Shown: positions 10,219-19,871, numbered from the stretch's first letter. The stretch is 42,220 nucleotides of DNA from Candidatus Parcubacteria bacterium (GCA_023128895.1 JAGMDC010000007.1:1-42220), one strand, 5' to 3'. The notes: generated by a model from the letters alone, not told the origin. Numbers and translations: made by a program.

Positions 10219-12120
10219 ATGTTTGAAACCCGAAAATTGAAAAAATTTTTGCTAAGTTTCGCATCTGTCAAAAAAACAACTTCATTGCTGATTTTGTTTT
10301 GCGTTATCGGCGGCATAATGGTTCCAATCTATCCTGCCAATGCCTGGCCTTCCTGGTGGGACGCGGTAGTCGTGGGCACTTTACCTGTTACTGCCCCGCT
10401 TCTTGGCGCAATAGCAGGCGCAAAATTTTTAAAAAGCAAATTGGACGAAGGCGGAATAAATATTTTTGAGGGAATGCTTTCTGTAGGCATTACTGGCTTA
10501 GTATCAGTCAGCTCTGTTTTTCTGTCACTTGGCCAAGGGGCTTTGGGCTGGGTGACCAGCCCTGGTTTTGTTAATGTGAGTTTTACAGGCGATGACAATA
10601 CAATCGTCGCAGAGGGATGGAAGATTGTCAGAAATCTTGTGAATATGTTTATTGTTCTAGGCTTTGTTATTGTTGCCCTTGCCACTATTATCGGCATACA
10701 AGAATACAACGCGCAAAAACTTTTGCCCGGTTTAATCGCAATAGCGCTTTTAATCAATTTCACGCCGGTAATCTGCGGTTTAATGATTGACGCTTCAAAC
10801 ATAGCGATGAATCATTTTTTATCAGGCGCGACATTGAATAGGGGTTTTATTGAAACTATAGATTACCAAACAGGCGCGATACTTGAAAAAGAGGGACTTG
10901 AATTGACAGAGAAACTCGGATTAGCAGCGGGCTTGGCTGGTTTTAATATTCTTGGAGGAATTATTTTCATGCTTTTCGCTCTTTTGTTCGCCGTAAGATA
11001 TGTCGCGCTCTGGATTTTAGTTATTTTGTCGCCTTTGGCGTTCTTTTGCTATATTTTTCCAAAAGCAAAAGGGGTATGGTCTGCCTGGTGGACGCAATTT
11101 TTTCAATGGTGCATTATTGGAATACCAGCGGCTTTCTTTATCTATTTATCAAACAATCTCACAGCTGAAATGATGAGAGGAAGTATGCTTGGCAAACCAA
11201 CTGGCGAAATCAGTGTAACCGGGTTCAGCGCTTTATTTATGTTTATGGTGCCTATGATGTTTATGGTTGTTGGATTGTTCGCTTCCTTAAAGACCGGCGC
11301 AATGGGCGCGAATATGATAACCGCATACGCGCAGACAACAGGAAAGCAAGCCACTACAAGAGTAAGCAAATGGGCTGGTGGGAAAGCCAAAAAACAAGTT
11401 GGTGAAATCGGCGAAAATCCTTGGGTTAGGAGAAGAATAGAAGGCGCGGGAAGAAGAGCTGAATGGCTTGATAAATACAAACACCCGACTGAAAGAGGGA
11501 GAGTTTTGGCAGACGCGACGCAAAGAGAAAAGAGAAACCAAGAAATAGAGGCAAGTAAAAAACGAATAATTCACTTATCCGCGGATGAAAGAGAAAAAGT
11601 GGCTGGAACAAATATTGAGAAAATAGGTAAATTCAGAGCAGACACTGAACAAGATATGCTTAGCGACCACGATAAGAGAAATATAAATGTTGTAAGAAAA
11701 TATGGAACGGGTAAAGATATAGGCGACGCGGAAAAGAAACGACCTGACTGGGCAGGGGATTTAGATACGGAAAAGGTTCAAAAAATTATGATGGCTGATA
11801 GCGTATCCGAGGAAGTGGCAAAAAAAAGAGTTGTCAGAAAAAAAATAGAAGGAATAACTCCGTTAAAACTGAGACAGGAAATACAACCAGAGGCATTGGA
11901 AAATGTTGATGTGTTTACTGCTATGAGTAAACAGCAATACGAAGAAATAAAAAATAAAGGCAAGAAAAAACACAGAGAAGCAATGAAAAAAAATATTACT
12001 AAAAATATACACGCGATAAGGCAGACAATTAATGAAATAGAAGATACCGGGCAATATGAGAGAGCGTCTGAATTAATGGATAGAGTAATAGAAATAGATT
12101 CCAGCCCGGATTTTGCTTAA
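10219..12120 (+). CDS. VirB6/TrbL-like polytopic T4SS membrane protein with a charged cytoplasmic tail
   Basis: About 8-9 hydrophobic segments; GW.IVRN..N, ALLINF, R...LWILVILSPLAF, W..WW motifs; context with PrgI/VirB4; start taken downstream of the repeat. Confidence 0.7.
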   Translation: MFETRKLKKFLLSFASVKKTTSLLILFCVIGGIMVPIYPANAWPSWWDAVVVGTLPVTAPLLGAIAGAKFLKSKLDEGGINIFEGMLSVGITGLVSVSSVFLSLGQGALGWVTSPGFVNVSFTGDDNTIVAEGWKIVRNLVNMFIVLGFVIVALATIIGIQEYNAQKLLPGLIAIALLINFTPVICGLMIDASNIAMNHFLSGATLNRGFIETIDYQTGAILEKEGLELTEKLGLAAGLAGFNILGGIIFMLFALLFAVRYVALWILVILSPLAFFCYIFPKAKGVWSAWWTQFFQWCIIGIPAAFFIYLSNNLTAEMMRGSMLGKPTGEISVTGFSALFMFMVPMMFMVVGLFASLKTGAMGANMITAYAQTTGKQATTRVSKWAGGKAKKQVGEIGENPWVRRRIEGAGRRAEWLDKYKHPTERGRVLADATQREKRNQEIEASKKRIIHLSADEREKVAGTNIEKIGKFRADTEQDMLSDHDKRNINVVRKYGTGKDIGDAEKKRPDWAGDLDTEKVQKIMMADSVSEEVAKKRVVRKKIEGITPLKLRQEIQPEALENVDVFTAMSKQQYEEIKNKGKKKHREAMKKNITKNIHAIRQTINEIEDTGQYERASELMDRVIEIDSSPDFA

Positions 12121-12141
12121 TATTTAATTTTGAATACTTTA

Positions 12142-12558
12142 ATGAAATATAATACAAATATAAAAATAATTTTTCCAGAAAACACTGTTTTAATTATCGC
12201 TAAAATTATGAAAAAATATGGGGTAGCAGAGAAAAGAGAAACGATATTTGAAAAATTAGAAAAACAAGAAACAACTAATGCAAAAAAAATAGCAAAAATC
12301 ATCAAAAAAGCGGCTGAAGAAAAAGCGCCTATCAAAACAATTTCTTCTAATATCCAAAAACATTTAAAGATTCCGACAAAACAAGCGAAAAAAATGGCTC
12401 AAGAGATTCAGAAAAATATCTTAAACCTTGTAAAAGAAACTCTGGTTAAAGGCGAAGAAATAAACGAGAAACCAATCAAAACAATACCAAATAAATTTTC
12501 AATAAAAAAATCAAAAGAAGAACAAAATCCAGACGCATATAGAGAAACAATTAAATAA
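12142..12558 (+). CDS. Lys-rich hypothetical protein ending in a D(P/A)YRE-type motif
   Basis: Open frame co-oriented with the VirB6-like gene; C-terminus PDAYRETIK; start uncertain (12130 TTG or 12142 ATG). Confidence 0.7.
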   Translation: MKYNTNIKIIFPENTVLIIAKIMKKYGVAEKRETIFEKLEKQETTNAKKIAKIIKKAAEEKAPIKTISSNIQKHLKIPTKQAKKMAQEIQKNILNLVKETLVKGEEINEKPIKTIPNKFSIKKSKEEQNPDAYRETIK

Positions 12559-12582
12559 ATTGAATAAAAAGAAAAATAAAAC

Positions 12583-12604
12583 GGGGATTTACTCCCCTTT
12601 TTTT
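12583..12604. terminator. Weak bidirectional terminator between convergent genes
   Basis: A-rich run, GGGGA-tttac-TCCCC, T run. Confidence 0.5.
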
Positions 12605-13835
12605 ATTCATATTTTTTGGCTACCTGTTCAAATTTTTCTTTCTTATGCTTATATGTATCTCCTGTCGCCTCTGTTTTTTCTGTCGCCTCTGTTTTTTCTG
12701 TTTTCTCCGTTTTTCCCGCGCTGCCGGCGATGATCTGTTGAGCCGCCGCACCTGCTACGAGCGCTTCGGCTATATTGCCAGCGATAGTGCTGCTCCCGCT
12801 ACTCGTCTGAAACCGTATCAATTTCACGACTTCTTTTCCTGTATCTACTTGCAATCCTTTAGACACCTGTAACTCGTAAATGCTATGCGCTATTTGGTCG
12901 GCGTTCATTGGATCAAATCCTCCCTCAACAAGTTTCTTTCTGATAGCCCCAACTACCTCTGTCTCCCTTTGCAGTCTTCGCGCTTCATATTTCGCTCCTT
13001 GCGCGAATAATTTCTCTTTGTCTGGCTGGGAAATCGCTTTTTTAAGGTCCTTGTCTTCCAAATCCACTACTCTTAATGCTACATCTGTTTTATCTGTATT
13101 CAAACCGCCTAATTTGAAGGGGCTATTTTTACCTGTAATTCTCTCATTTACTATATCTAGTATCTTTGCTCTGCCGTCTTTTTCTGTTGCTATGCCCCAA
13201 GTCATTGACCCTATTGCTTCCCTAAAAGCGCTGTCTATTTCTCCGACTACATAATCTCTCAGCCCTTCTTCTGTGGTAGGAGTCCCTCTTTCTATGGCAT
13301 TTTTCACGCTTTGAAAATCTCTATTAAACTCTGTGTATATCACGGCGTCAACGACTATCATTTGTTTCCCAAACTCTTCTTCGTTTTCTCCTTTTCCTTC
13401 TTTGCCTTTCTTTGAAATGGCTAATCGCGGGTCAAAATTTAATTTCAACCGCGTTTTAGGAATTTTCACTAATCCGCAATGAGGTAATCGCGGCACCAAA
13501 CAAGGGCCTGAATCACGATAACCCACTATCTTTTCAAAGAAAATAACTGCTGCAATGTGCTTTTTGTCCACCATCCGTATCCATGTGGCAAGCCATATCG
13601 CTGTCAAAAACGCCAACGCTACTATCACTGTTACCATTGAAATTTTTAGCAACGCGCTTAAAATCCCTGACAGCGCAAAAAATGCCGCAGTTGCTCCTAT
13701 AATTATTCCTATTGTCTTTGATTCATTCCATTCGCCTCCTCCATCGCTCGACACCTGCGCTTGCTGACTGCTCTGACCTGTTGGTGTTGCCGTGTTCTCC
13801 GATGTATCGTTCCCTAAAATATCTCCTAAAGTCAT
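12603..13835 (-). CDS. SPFH/Band 7 (stomatin/flotillin-like) membrane protein
   Basis: Two TM helices then IRMV....AAVIFFEK.....SGP, VDAVIY, AFREAIGSMTW, coiled coil; strong SD GGAGGTGA upstream; C-terminal 18-bp repeats (TEKTEA). Confidence 0.7.
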   Translation of the reverse strand: MTLGDILGNDTSENTATPTGQSSQQAQVSSDGGGEWNESKTIGIIIGATAAFFALSGILSALLKISMVTVIVALAFLTAIWLATWIRMVDKKHIAAVIFFEKIVGYRDSGPCLVPRLPHCGLVKIPKTRLKLNFDPRLAISKKGKEGKGENEEEFGKQMIVVDAVIYTEFNRDFQSVKNAIERGTPTTEEGLRDYVVGEIDSAFREAIGSMTWGIATEKDGRAKILDIVNERITGKNSPFKLGGLNTDKTDVALRVVDLEDKDLKKAISQPDKEKLFAQGAKYEARRLQRETEVVGAIRKKLVEGGFDPMNADQIAHSIYELQVSKGLQVDTGKEVVKLIRFQTSSGSSTIAGNIAEALVAGAAAQQIIAGSAGKTEKTEKTEATEKTEATGDTYKHKKEKFEQVAKKYE

Positions 13836-13922
13836 TTTTTCTTTTTTTCACCTCCTTTTTATACCCTCATTTCTAAATTCTATATTCTAAATTCTATATT
13901 CTATTTTAAGGGTGCTGATATA

Positions 13923-13950
13923 ATCATAGCATTTGTTTTGATTTTGTCAA
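13923..13950 (-). promoter_or_regulatory. Promoter of the SPFH gene
   Basis: Minus strand TTGACA, 16 nt, TATGAT with extended TG. Confidence 0.65.
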
Positions 13951-13961
13951 GGTTAATAATT

Positions 13962-14007
13962 TTATCAACAAACCCTATTTCCCCTATTTCTCTATTTATG
14001 GTAAAAT
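13962..14007 (+). promoter_or_regulatory. Near-consensus DnaA box and extended -10 upstream of prgI
   Basis: TTATCAACA 13962-70; TGgTAAAAT 13999-14007. Confidence 0.45.
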
Positions 14008-14076
14008 AAATAAAATAATTTTGACATTTGCTAATTTTACATTTTAATTTGTCATTTTACACTTAGCGAAGCGATT

Positions 14077-14478
14077 ATGGAGTTTACTGTTCCAAAATTT
14101 ATTGAGAAAGAAGCGAAAATCATAGGGCCTTTGACTTTTAAACAATTTTTATGTTTGCTCATACCAGGAGCCACTGTGTTTCTCGCTTATTATACTTTGC
14201 CTCTTGCCATTGCTATTCTTCTCGCTATTGTTTTAATGGGCGGCGGTATTGCTCTTGCTTTTTTGAAAATCGGGGGCAGGAGTTTTCCTGTTGTTATGAA
14301 AAATTTTGTAACCTTTTATCCTTCTGTAAAATTATATGTCTGGAAAAGAAAAGCCATACCGCCGAAAATAATAAAAAAAGAAGAAGTAAAACAAAAGAAA
14401 AAAGAAATTGCTATTTCTCCAAAGGTTACCGAGAGCAAACTGAAAAATTTATCCAGTAGAATTGAAACCTTTAGATAA
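14077..14478 (+). CDS. PrgI-family (VirB3-like) T4SS protein
   Basis: VPKFIEKEAKIIGPLTFKQF, two TM helices, Y.W motif. Confidence 0.85.
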   Translation: MEFTVPKFIEKEAKIIGPLTFKQFLCLLIPGATVFLAYYTLPLAIAILLAIVLMGGGIALAFLKIGGRSFPVVMKNFVTFYPSVKLYVWKRKAIPPKIIKKEEVKQKKKEIAISPKVTESKLKNLSSRIETFR

Positions 14479-14488
14479 ATATAAAATT

Positions 14489-15133
14489 ATGGCGCAGCCA
14501 TCCACACAAAGTTTTTTAGAAATCGGACAAATCAAAGAAGGCGTGCTTATTCTGAAAAGCAACGCGTTAAGGAGCATATTAATGGTCTCGTCTTTGAATT
14601 ACGCGCTGAAATCAAACGAAGAGCAAACCGCGATTATTTATCAATTCCAAAATTTCCTGAATTCTCTGGATTTTACCTGCCAGATTATTGTTCAGTCCAG
14701 ACGGTTAAATATTACTGGCTATCTTGAAAAATTGCGCAAAGCAGAGGAAAAACAAACCAATGATTTGTTAAAAATTCAAATATCCGGATATATAGAATTT
14801 ATAGAAAGTTTAGTTGGCACTGGAAGCATTATGAATAAATCGTTTTTCGTAATAGTGCCTTTTAGTTTGTTTGACGAGCGAAAACAGCAGCCAAAAGATG
14901 GAATAAAACTGCAAGCCCCGAAATTCCCAATCCTAACTGAAGAAACTTTTAAGCGATGCAAATCCCAATTAATGCAAAGAACTAATTTTATAATGATGGG
15001 ATTGGCAAGATGCGGATTAAAAGCCACGCCGCTAAATACTTCTGAAATAATTGAATTATTCTGGTCATTGCACCACCCAAAAAGAGCCGAAGTCGGCTAT
15101 TATCCTGAAATGCCGCCAGAATTAACCCTATAA
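14489..15133 (+). CDS. T4SS protein resembling the TraC/VirB4 N-terminal domain
   Basis: STQSFLEI..IKEG, SSLNYALKS.EEQ, FLNSLDF..QI; lies between prgI and the ATPase. Confidence 0.7.
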   Translation: MAQPSTQSFLEIGQIKEGVLILKSNALRSILMVSSLNYALKSNEEQTAIIYQFQNFLNSLDFTCQIIVQSRRLNITGYLEKLRKAEEKQTNDLLKIQISGYIEFIESLVGTGSIMNKSFFVIVPFSLFDERKQQPKDGIKLQAPKFPILTEETFKRCKSQLMQRTNFIMMGLARCGLKATPLNTSEIIELFWSLHHPKRAEVGYYPEMPPELTL

Positions 15134-15148
15134 TTTATTTTCAAGTAA

Positions 15149-15300
15149 AGCGAGGGAAGTCCAAGCGAGCTTGCTCGCTTGGACTTCCGAGCGAACGCGA
15201 AAATGTAGCCCAGACATACATTTTCTAATACCCCACCGCTCTGCGGTGGGGTAAAATACAAACCTTTAGGTGGGATTTGATACCCTGCCCAAAGTCTGGG
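15149..15300. repeat. Cluster of four hairpins in the virB4 leader, including copy C of the AGCGAG element
   Basis: Stems at 15155-15188 (16 bp), 15199-15225 (9 bp), 15229-15253 (11 bp) and about 15264-15294 (imperfect). Confidence 0.75.
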
Positions 15301-15310
15301 ATTCATTAAT

Positions 15311-17098
15311 ATGAAATTTCCTTTTTTTAAAAAACCAAAACAAAATATCGTAGAAAAATTGTTTGAAAAAGAAACACTAAGAGCCGCGGACATTATTGCC
15401 CCTGCTTCTATTAAAGTAGAACAAAGCCGATTACAGATAGGAGATGAACGGTTTGCTAAAACATTTTTTATTTTTTCCTACCCGCGTTATCTAAACTCCG
15501 GCTGGCTGTCGCCGATTATAAACTTAGACGTTCCAATGGATGTTTCTTTTTTTATCCACCCTATCGCGAGCGGGATAGTGTTAAAACAATTAAGAAAACG
15601 GCTCACAGAAATTCAGGCAGAACTTTTAACAAGAGAGGAGAAAGGACTTATTCGGGACCCGACTTTGGAAACAGCGTTAAATGATATTGAAAATTTAAGA
15701 GACCAGCTTCAAACAGCCCAGGAAAGAATGTTTAAGTTTGGGCTTTATATCACTGTTTACGCAAACCAGGAAAAAGAACTCGCGGAAACAGAGACAGAAC
15801 TGCGTTCTATTTTAGAATCACGGTTGATTTATATCAAACCCGCGTTATACCAGCAAAAACAAGGATTTACTTCCACCTCCCCTTATGGGCTGGACCAATT
15901 AGGAGTGCACAACACTGTAAACACTGAACCATTGTCCAGTATTTTTCCTTTTATCTCTTTTGATTTGTCTTCCAACGAAGGCATCTTATACGGAATTAAC
16001 AAACACAACAATTCTTTGGTTTTGTTTGATAGATTTACCATGGAAAATTCAAACTTCACAATTTTCGGAAAATCCGGTTCCGGAAAGTCATTTTTGGTGA
16101 AAATTGAGGCGCTTCGGTCGTTAATGCTCGGCACTGATGTAATTATTCTTGACCCTGAAAACGAATATAAAGCGCTGGCAAACAGCGTCGGCGGCGCGTT
16201 TTTCAGCATTTCTTTGTCTTCTCCGCATCATATCAATCCTTTTGACCTTCCAGCGCCCCGGGAAGACGAAAGGCCTGAAGATGTACTACGTTCCAATATT
16301 ATTAATTTAGTAGGATTGTTCAGAATTATGTTCGGTGGATTAACGCCCGAAGAAGACGCGATTATGGACAGAGCGATAACAGAAACATACGCGGCAAAAG
16401 ATATTTCTGCGGACACCGATCCAAAATTATGGAGCAAAAACTTTCCTTTAATGCAGGATTTGGAAGCAGTGCTGGAAACAATGGACGGAGCGGAATCATT
16501 AGTAAGGAGGACAAGAAAATTCACCAAAGGAACTTTTGCAAAATTCTTTAACCAGCCGTCCAACATTTCCGTGAATAAAAGATTCGTAGTGTTTGGAATC
16601 AGGGATATGGAAGATGAATTAAGGCCTATAGCAATGTTTATGGTAATGAGATATATTTGGAACTCCGTCCGAGCGGAAATTAAAAAAAGAATATTAGTGG
16701 TGGATGAGGCATGGTGGATAATGCAGTCGGAAGACGGAGCTTCATTTTTGTTCGGCATCTGCAAGAGAGCCAGAAAATACTGGCTTGGCGTAACAACTAT
16801 TACGCAGGATGTGGCTGACTTTATGAAATCTCCTTATGGAAAACCAATTCTCACTAATTCGTCTCTGCATCTTTTAATGAAACAATCGCCTGCTTCTATT
16901 GATATAGTCCAAAAGACCTTTAATTTGACTGATGAGGAAAAATATATGCTTTTAGAGGCGGCTATTGGAGAAGGATTGTTTTTCGCTGGAATGAAACATG
17001 TGGCAATGAGGGTTGTCGCGTCTTACGCCGAAGAGCAAATCATCACCACAAACCCTGAAGAACTGCAAAAAATCAAATTGGCAAAAGAAACACAATAA
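15311..17098 (+). CDS. virB4: VirB4-like T4SS ATPase
   Basis: Walker A GKSGSGKS, ILDPENEY, INPFD, Walker B VVDEAW, KRARKY, ITQ. Confidence 0.9.
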   Translation: MKFPFFKKPKQNIVEKLFEKETLRAADIIAPASIKVEQSRLQIGDERFAKTFFIFSYPRYLNSGWLSPIINLDVPMDVSFFIHPIASGIVLKQLRKRLTEIQAELLTREEKGLIRDPTLETALNDIENLRDQLQTAQERMFKFGLYITVYANQEKELAETETELRSILESRLIYIKPALYQQKQGFTSTSPYGLDQLGVHNTVNTEPLSSIFPFISFDLSSNEGILYGINKHNNSLVLFDRFTMENSNFTIFGKSGSGKSFLVKIEALRSLMLGTDVIILDPENEYKALANSVGGAFFSISLSSPHHINPFDLPAPREDERPEDVLRSNIINLVGLFRIMFGGLTPEEDAIMDRAITETYAAKDISADTDPKLWSKNFPLMQDLEAVLETMDGAESLVRRTRKFTKGTFAKFFNQPSNISVNKRFVVFGIRDMEDELRPIAMFMVMRYIWNSVRAEIKKRILVVDEAWWIMQSEDGASFLFGICKRARKYWLGVTTITQDVADFMKSPYGKPILTNSSLHLLMKQSPASIDIVQKTFNLTDEEKYMLLEAAIGEGLFFAGMKHVAMRVVASYAEEQIITTNPEELQKIKLAKETQ

Positions 17099-17113
17099 AA
17101 AAATTATTAAATT

Positions 17114-17518
17114 ATGTCAGATCTTATGAGTCCAGAGGGGGTTGTAATGCTTGCTCTGGCAGTAATGTTAGATATAATAGGGATAATTTGTTTGATTTTA
17201 GACCTTGTTTTTGGAATAGGTGAAGTTCTTTCTTATATCCCTGATTTTATAGGTATTGGATTTTTTGGACTTTGGATTTTAATGCGTTCGCAAGAGGAAA
17301 AAACCTATAAACAAGCAAGAGGGGAAGTGGCAAGCGCAGTTGCTGAACATAAAAGAAAAGTCCAAGCAGCGAAAAAAGCGTTCAAAAAAGGCGCTAAAAG
17401 AGCTGGCAAAAGAGGATTTAAATTTTTATTCGCTATGGTTGGAGAACTTATCCCATTACTTGGCGCCCTGCCGTTTTGGACCATATTTGTACTTCTTGAA
17501 TTGAGAGGGGATAAGTGA
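17114..17518 (+). CDS. Small membrane protein of the T4SS locus
   Basis: Hydrophobic N-terminal hairpin, basic linker, ELIPLLGALPFWT. Confidence 0.75.
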   Translation: MSDLMSPEGVVMLALAVMLDIIGIICLILDLVFGIGEVLSYIPDFIGIGFFGLWILMRSQEEKTYKQARGEVASAVAEHKRKVQAAKKAFKKGAKRAGKRGFKFLFAMVGELIPLLGALPFWTIFVLLELRGDK

Positions 17519-17555
17519 TGTTTGTTTTTTCCAAAAAATAAAGTAAAATAAAATA

Positions 17556-18941
17556 ATGATTAACAATCAAAAAATTCTTTTAATACTTATCCTTATAGGA
17601 GTTTTTGGATTGTTCTGCGCTAGCAATTTTGTATTAGCCCAGGAAATCACCGATTATCCAACAATATCGGGCGCTGACACGCCTGGACCAGACACCACTC
17701 TGCCTCAGTATATCAAATATTTATTTAATTTCGGCATAGCGCTGGGAGGAATTTTGGCTTTTGTTGTTTTTGCTTTTGGAGGCGTAATGTGGGTTATGTC
17801 TGCCGGCAACCCGGTAATAATCGGTATTGCAAAAGCAAAAATGCTCAAAGGAATTATGGGTCTGGCTCTCCTGCTCGCCTCATACCTGATTATTGTTGCC
17901 ATAAATCCTGATTTAACTGTTTTAACTTTGGAAGATTTAGATTGGAAAGAATATACCGGTCGTAAATATGTTCCGGCAGACATAGACGCGAAAACTTATA
18001 AAGAAATGCCTATTGGCCTTTTAATTGAAGATATTTTGGCGAAAAATATCAGTTGTTTTGACAAAGACGGCAATTTAATTAACTGCAGAACTCAGGAAAT
18101 TATCCAGCACGCCAAAGAGGATATCTTTGCTCCTGATACACATTATAATTACTGCTATAAATATGATAATCGGGGCAATAAAAAAGAGTTAATGGATTAT
18201 CGCGACCGAATGGACTGCATAAAAAGACTTTTAGTCGCGATTAAAATAAAAAGCAATGAATTAAAACAAATATCTAAAAAATTAGAGATAGCGCTTAAAC
18301 AATGTAAATGCACAAACTGTGACCATGGCTATTGCATAGATGGATTTTGCAATGGTCGATGTAAATGTATTCCTTGTAAAAATCACTGCCATTGCTGCGG
18401 CAGTCCAAGAGAAGAACGGATATCCTGTTCAGGCAATCCTCCTTTCACGCTTTATACAGACCCCTGCCCCAACAGAAAGGAAATAGATGATATAAGAAAT
18501 GAAATTCACCAAATAATAAATGGAACTAAGAAAAAAATTGACGGCGCAAATATAATAGATGATCCATTGCATGACACAAAATTTTTATATCTTAAAGAAG
18601 CTCAAGAAAGGTTAAATGGCTTAAAACAAGAATTAAATAAAGACTTAGACGAGTTAAAAGAAGTAGAAGAACTAACAAAATTTCCTTACGGCAAGCGATT
18701 AAGTTTGGCAGAATATTTTGACAAAAAATTAAAAAGAAACATAAACAAACAAATGTTCAAACACTTCTATATCCCTGAATACGACAGTATTTCAAGATAC
18801 TGTAAGATATTTAACTGCAAAGATTTTGATAGTGATGTTTGTCACGGATACAGACTTAATGACAAAGGCATATTATGCAATTTATTCAATTTTGACGGCG
18901 ATCCAGCCACTTTCTATTATCCTAAAAAAGAATATGAATAG
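17556..18941 (+). CDS. VirB2/TrbC-like pilin fused to a Cys-rich helical extracellular domain
   Basis: Signal peptide (VLA|Q); YIKYLFNF..GG..W..SAGNP....AK......GL.LLL..Y.I...INP; 11 Cys in about 32 aa. Confidence 0.75.
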   Translation: MINNQKILLILILIGVFGLFCASNFVLAQEITDYPTISGADTPGPDTTLPQYIKYLFNFGIALGGILAFVVFAFGGVMWVMSAGNPVIIGIAKAKMLKGIMGLALLLASYLIIVAINPDLTVLTLEDLDWKEYTGRKYVPADIDAKTYKEMPIGLLIEDILAKNISCFDKDGNLINCRTQEIIQHAKEDIFAPDTHYNYCYKYDNRGNKKELMDYRDRMDCIKRLLVAIKIKSNELKQISKKLEIALKQCKCTNCDHGYCIDGFCNGRCKCIPCKNHCHCCGSPREERISCSGNPPFTLYTDPCPNRKEIDDIRNEIHQIINGTKKKIDGANIIDDPLHDTKFLYLKEAQERLNGLKQELNKDLDELKEVEELTKFPYGKRLSLAEYFDKKLKRNINKQMFKHFYIPEYDSISRYCKIFNCKDFDSDVCHGYRLNDKGILCNLFNFDGDPATFYYPKKEYE

Positions 18942-19863
18942 CCATAATCATAAAATTATTTTCATTATATTGGCTCTGCCTTTAATCGGCGCCTTGACAT
19001 ATTCATTCTATAATTCCTATAGTAATGAAAATGCAAAGGTTTTTGCTTTTCTTGGAAAAGAAACAAAGTGCGTTGTTGACCCGGTTATAGAAAAAAAATT
19101 CTTGGGAACGGAAAGAGGCAAAATCCCGATTGGCGAAGCAGTTGACGAAGCAGAGGACTTTGCCCAAAAAATAATAGATGAAATGAACATTATAAATAGC
19201 AATCTTACAAATGAGATAAATGCTGGGAATGAATTAGTTTGGCTTCCTGAACAATGCGAATGTAAAAGGTGCACAAGCAGTATGGAAACAGATATTCTAA
19301 GGTGCCAATGGGAATGGACTACAGGTTCTGGATTAAACGAAAAAACGCATTCTTGCTCTTGCATTACTCAACATAATTGTAAATGTGTTTGCTCGGGCGA
19401 TGTCTGCCCGTTTGGCGAAATTGAAGGAAAAATAGATATAATCCAAGAAGCAGATTCAAATATTCAAAAATCTTTGGAAAGAATAATAGATTTAATTGAT
19501 GCGAAGAATTTATTGCCTGGTGACCCTGATAGATGGAATGTTTTGAATAAATTATTAAATTCGCGGGTAAAAATGGAGGAATGCATTATTGGCTATGACT
19601 CTGCGCTTGACGCGCCAAGAGCAAAAATGAATCTCTTGAGCTGCAGGATTGCCTTAGACAGAATATACTTGCATAAACTCAACATTGCCGGATATTTTGA
19701 AGATAATATATCTCCTTTCCCCCATTGTTATCCTTTTATTGCTGACAATACAATAAAATCTATTTGTATAGAAAACAAAGACAGCAAAGAATGCCGAGAA
19801 GCAATTAAGGATTATATGGATAACTATTTCTGCGCCGGCTATGTCGGCCTTGGCGATAAATAA
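18934..19863 (+). CDS. Membrane-anchored Cys-rich protein paralogous to the C-domain of 17556-18941
   Basis: One TM/signal segment; shared PIG, QCxCxxC and D(P/V)CP motifs; ATG overlaps the upstream stop. Confidence 0.7.
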   Translation: MNSHNHKIIFIILALPLIGALTYSFYNSYSNENAKVFAFLGKETKCVVDPVIEKKFLGTERGKIPIGEAVDEAEDFAQKIIDEMNIINSNLTNEINAGNELVWLPEQCECKRCTSSMETDILRCQWEWTTGSGLNEKTHSCSCITQHNCKCVCSGDVCPFGEIEGKIDIIQEADSNIQKSLERIIDLIDAKNLLPGDPDRWNVLNKLLNSRVKMEECIIGYDSALDAPRAKMNLLSCRIALDRIYLHKLNIAGYFEDNISPFPHCYPFIADNTIKSICIENKDSKECREAIKDYMDNYFCAGYVGLGDK

Positions 19864-19871
19864 ATGAATAT

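Noticed and set aside
18300-18400. Multiheme cytochrome in the Cys-rich pilin passenger
   Set aside because: No CxxCH motif (CTNCDH and CKNHCH do not fit)
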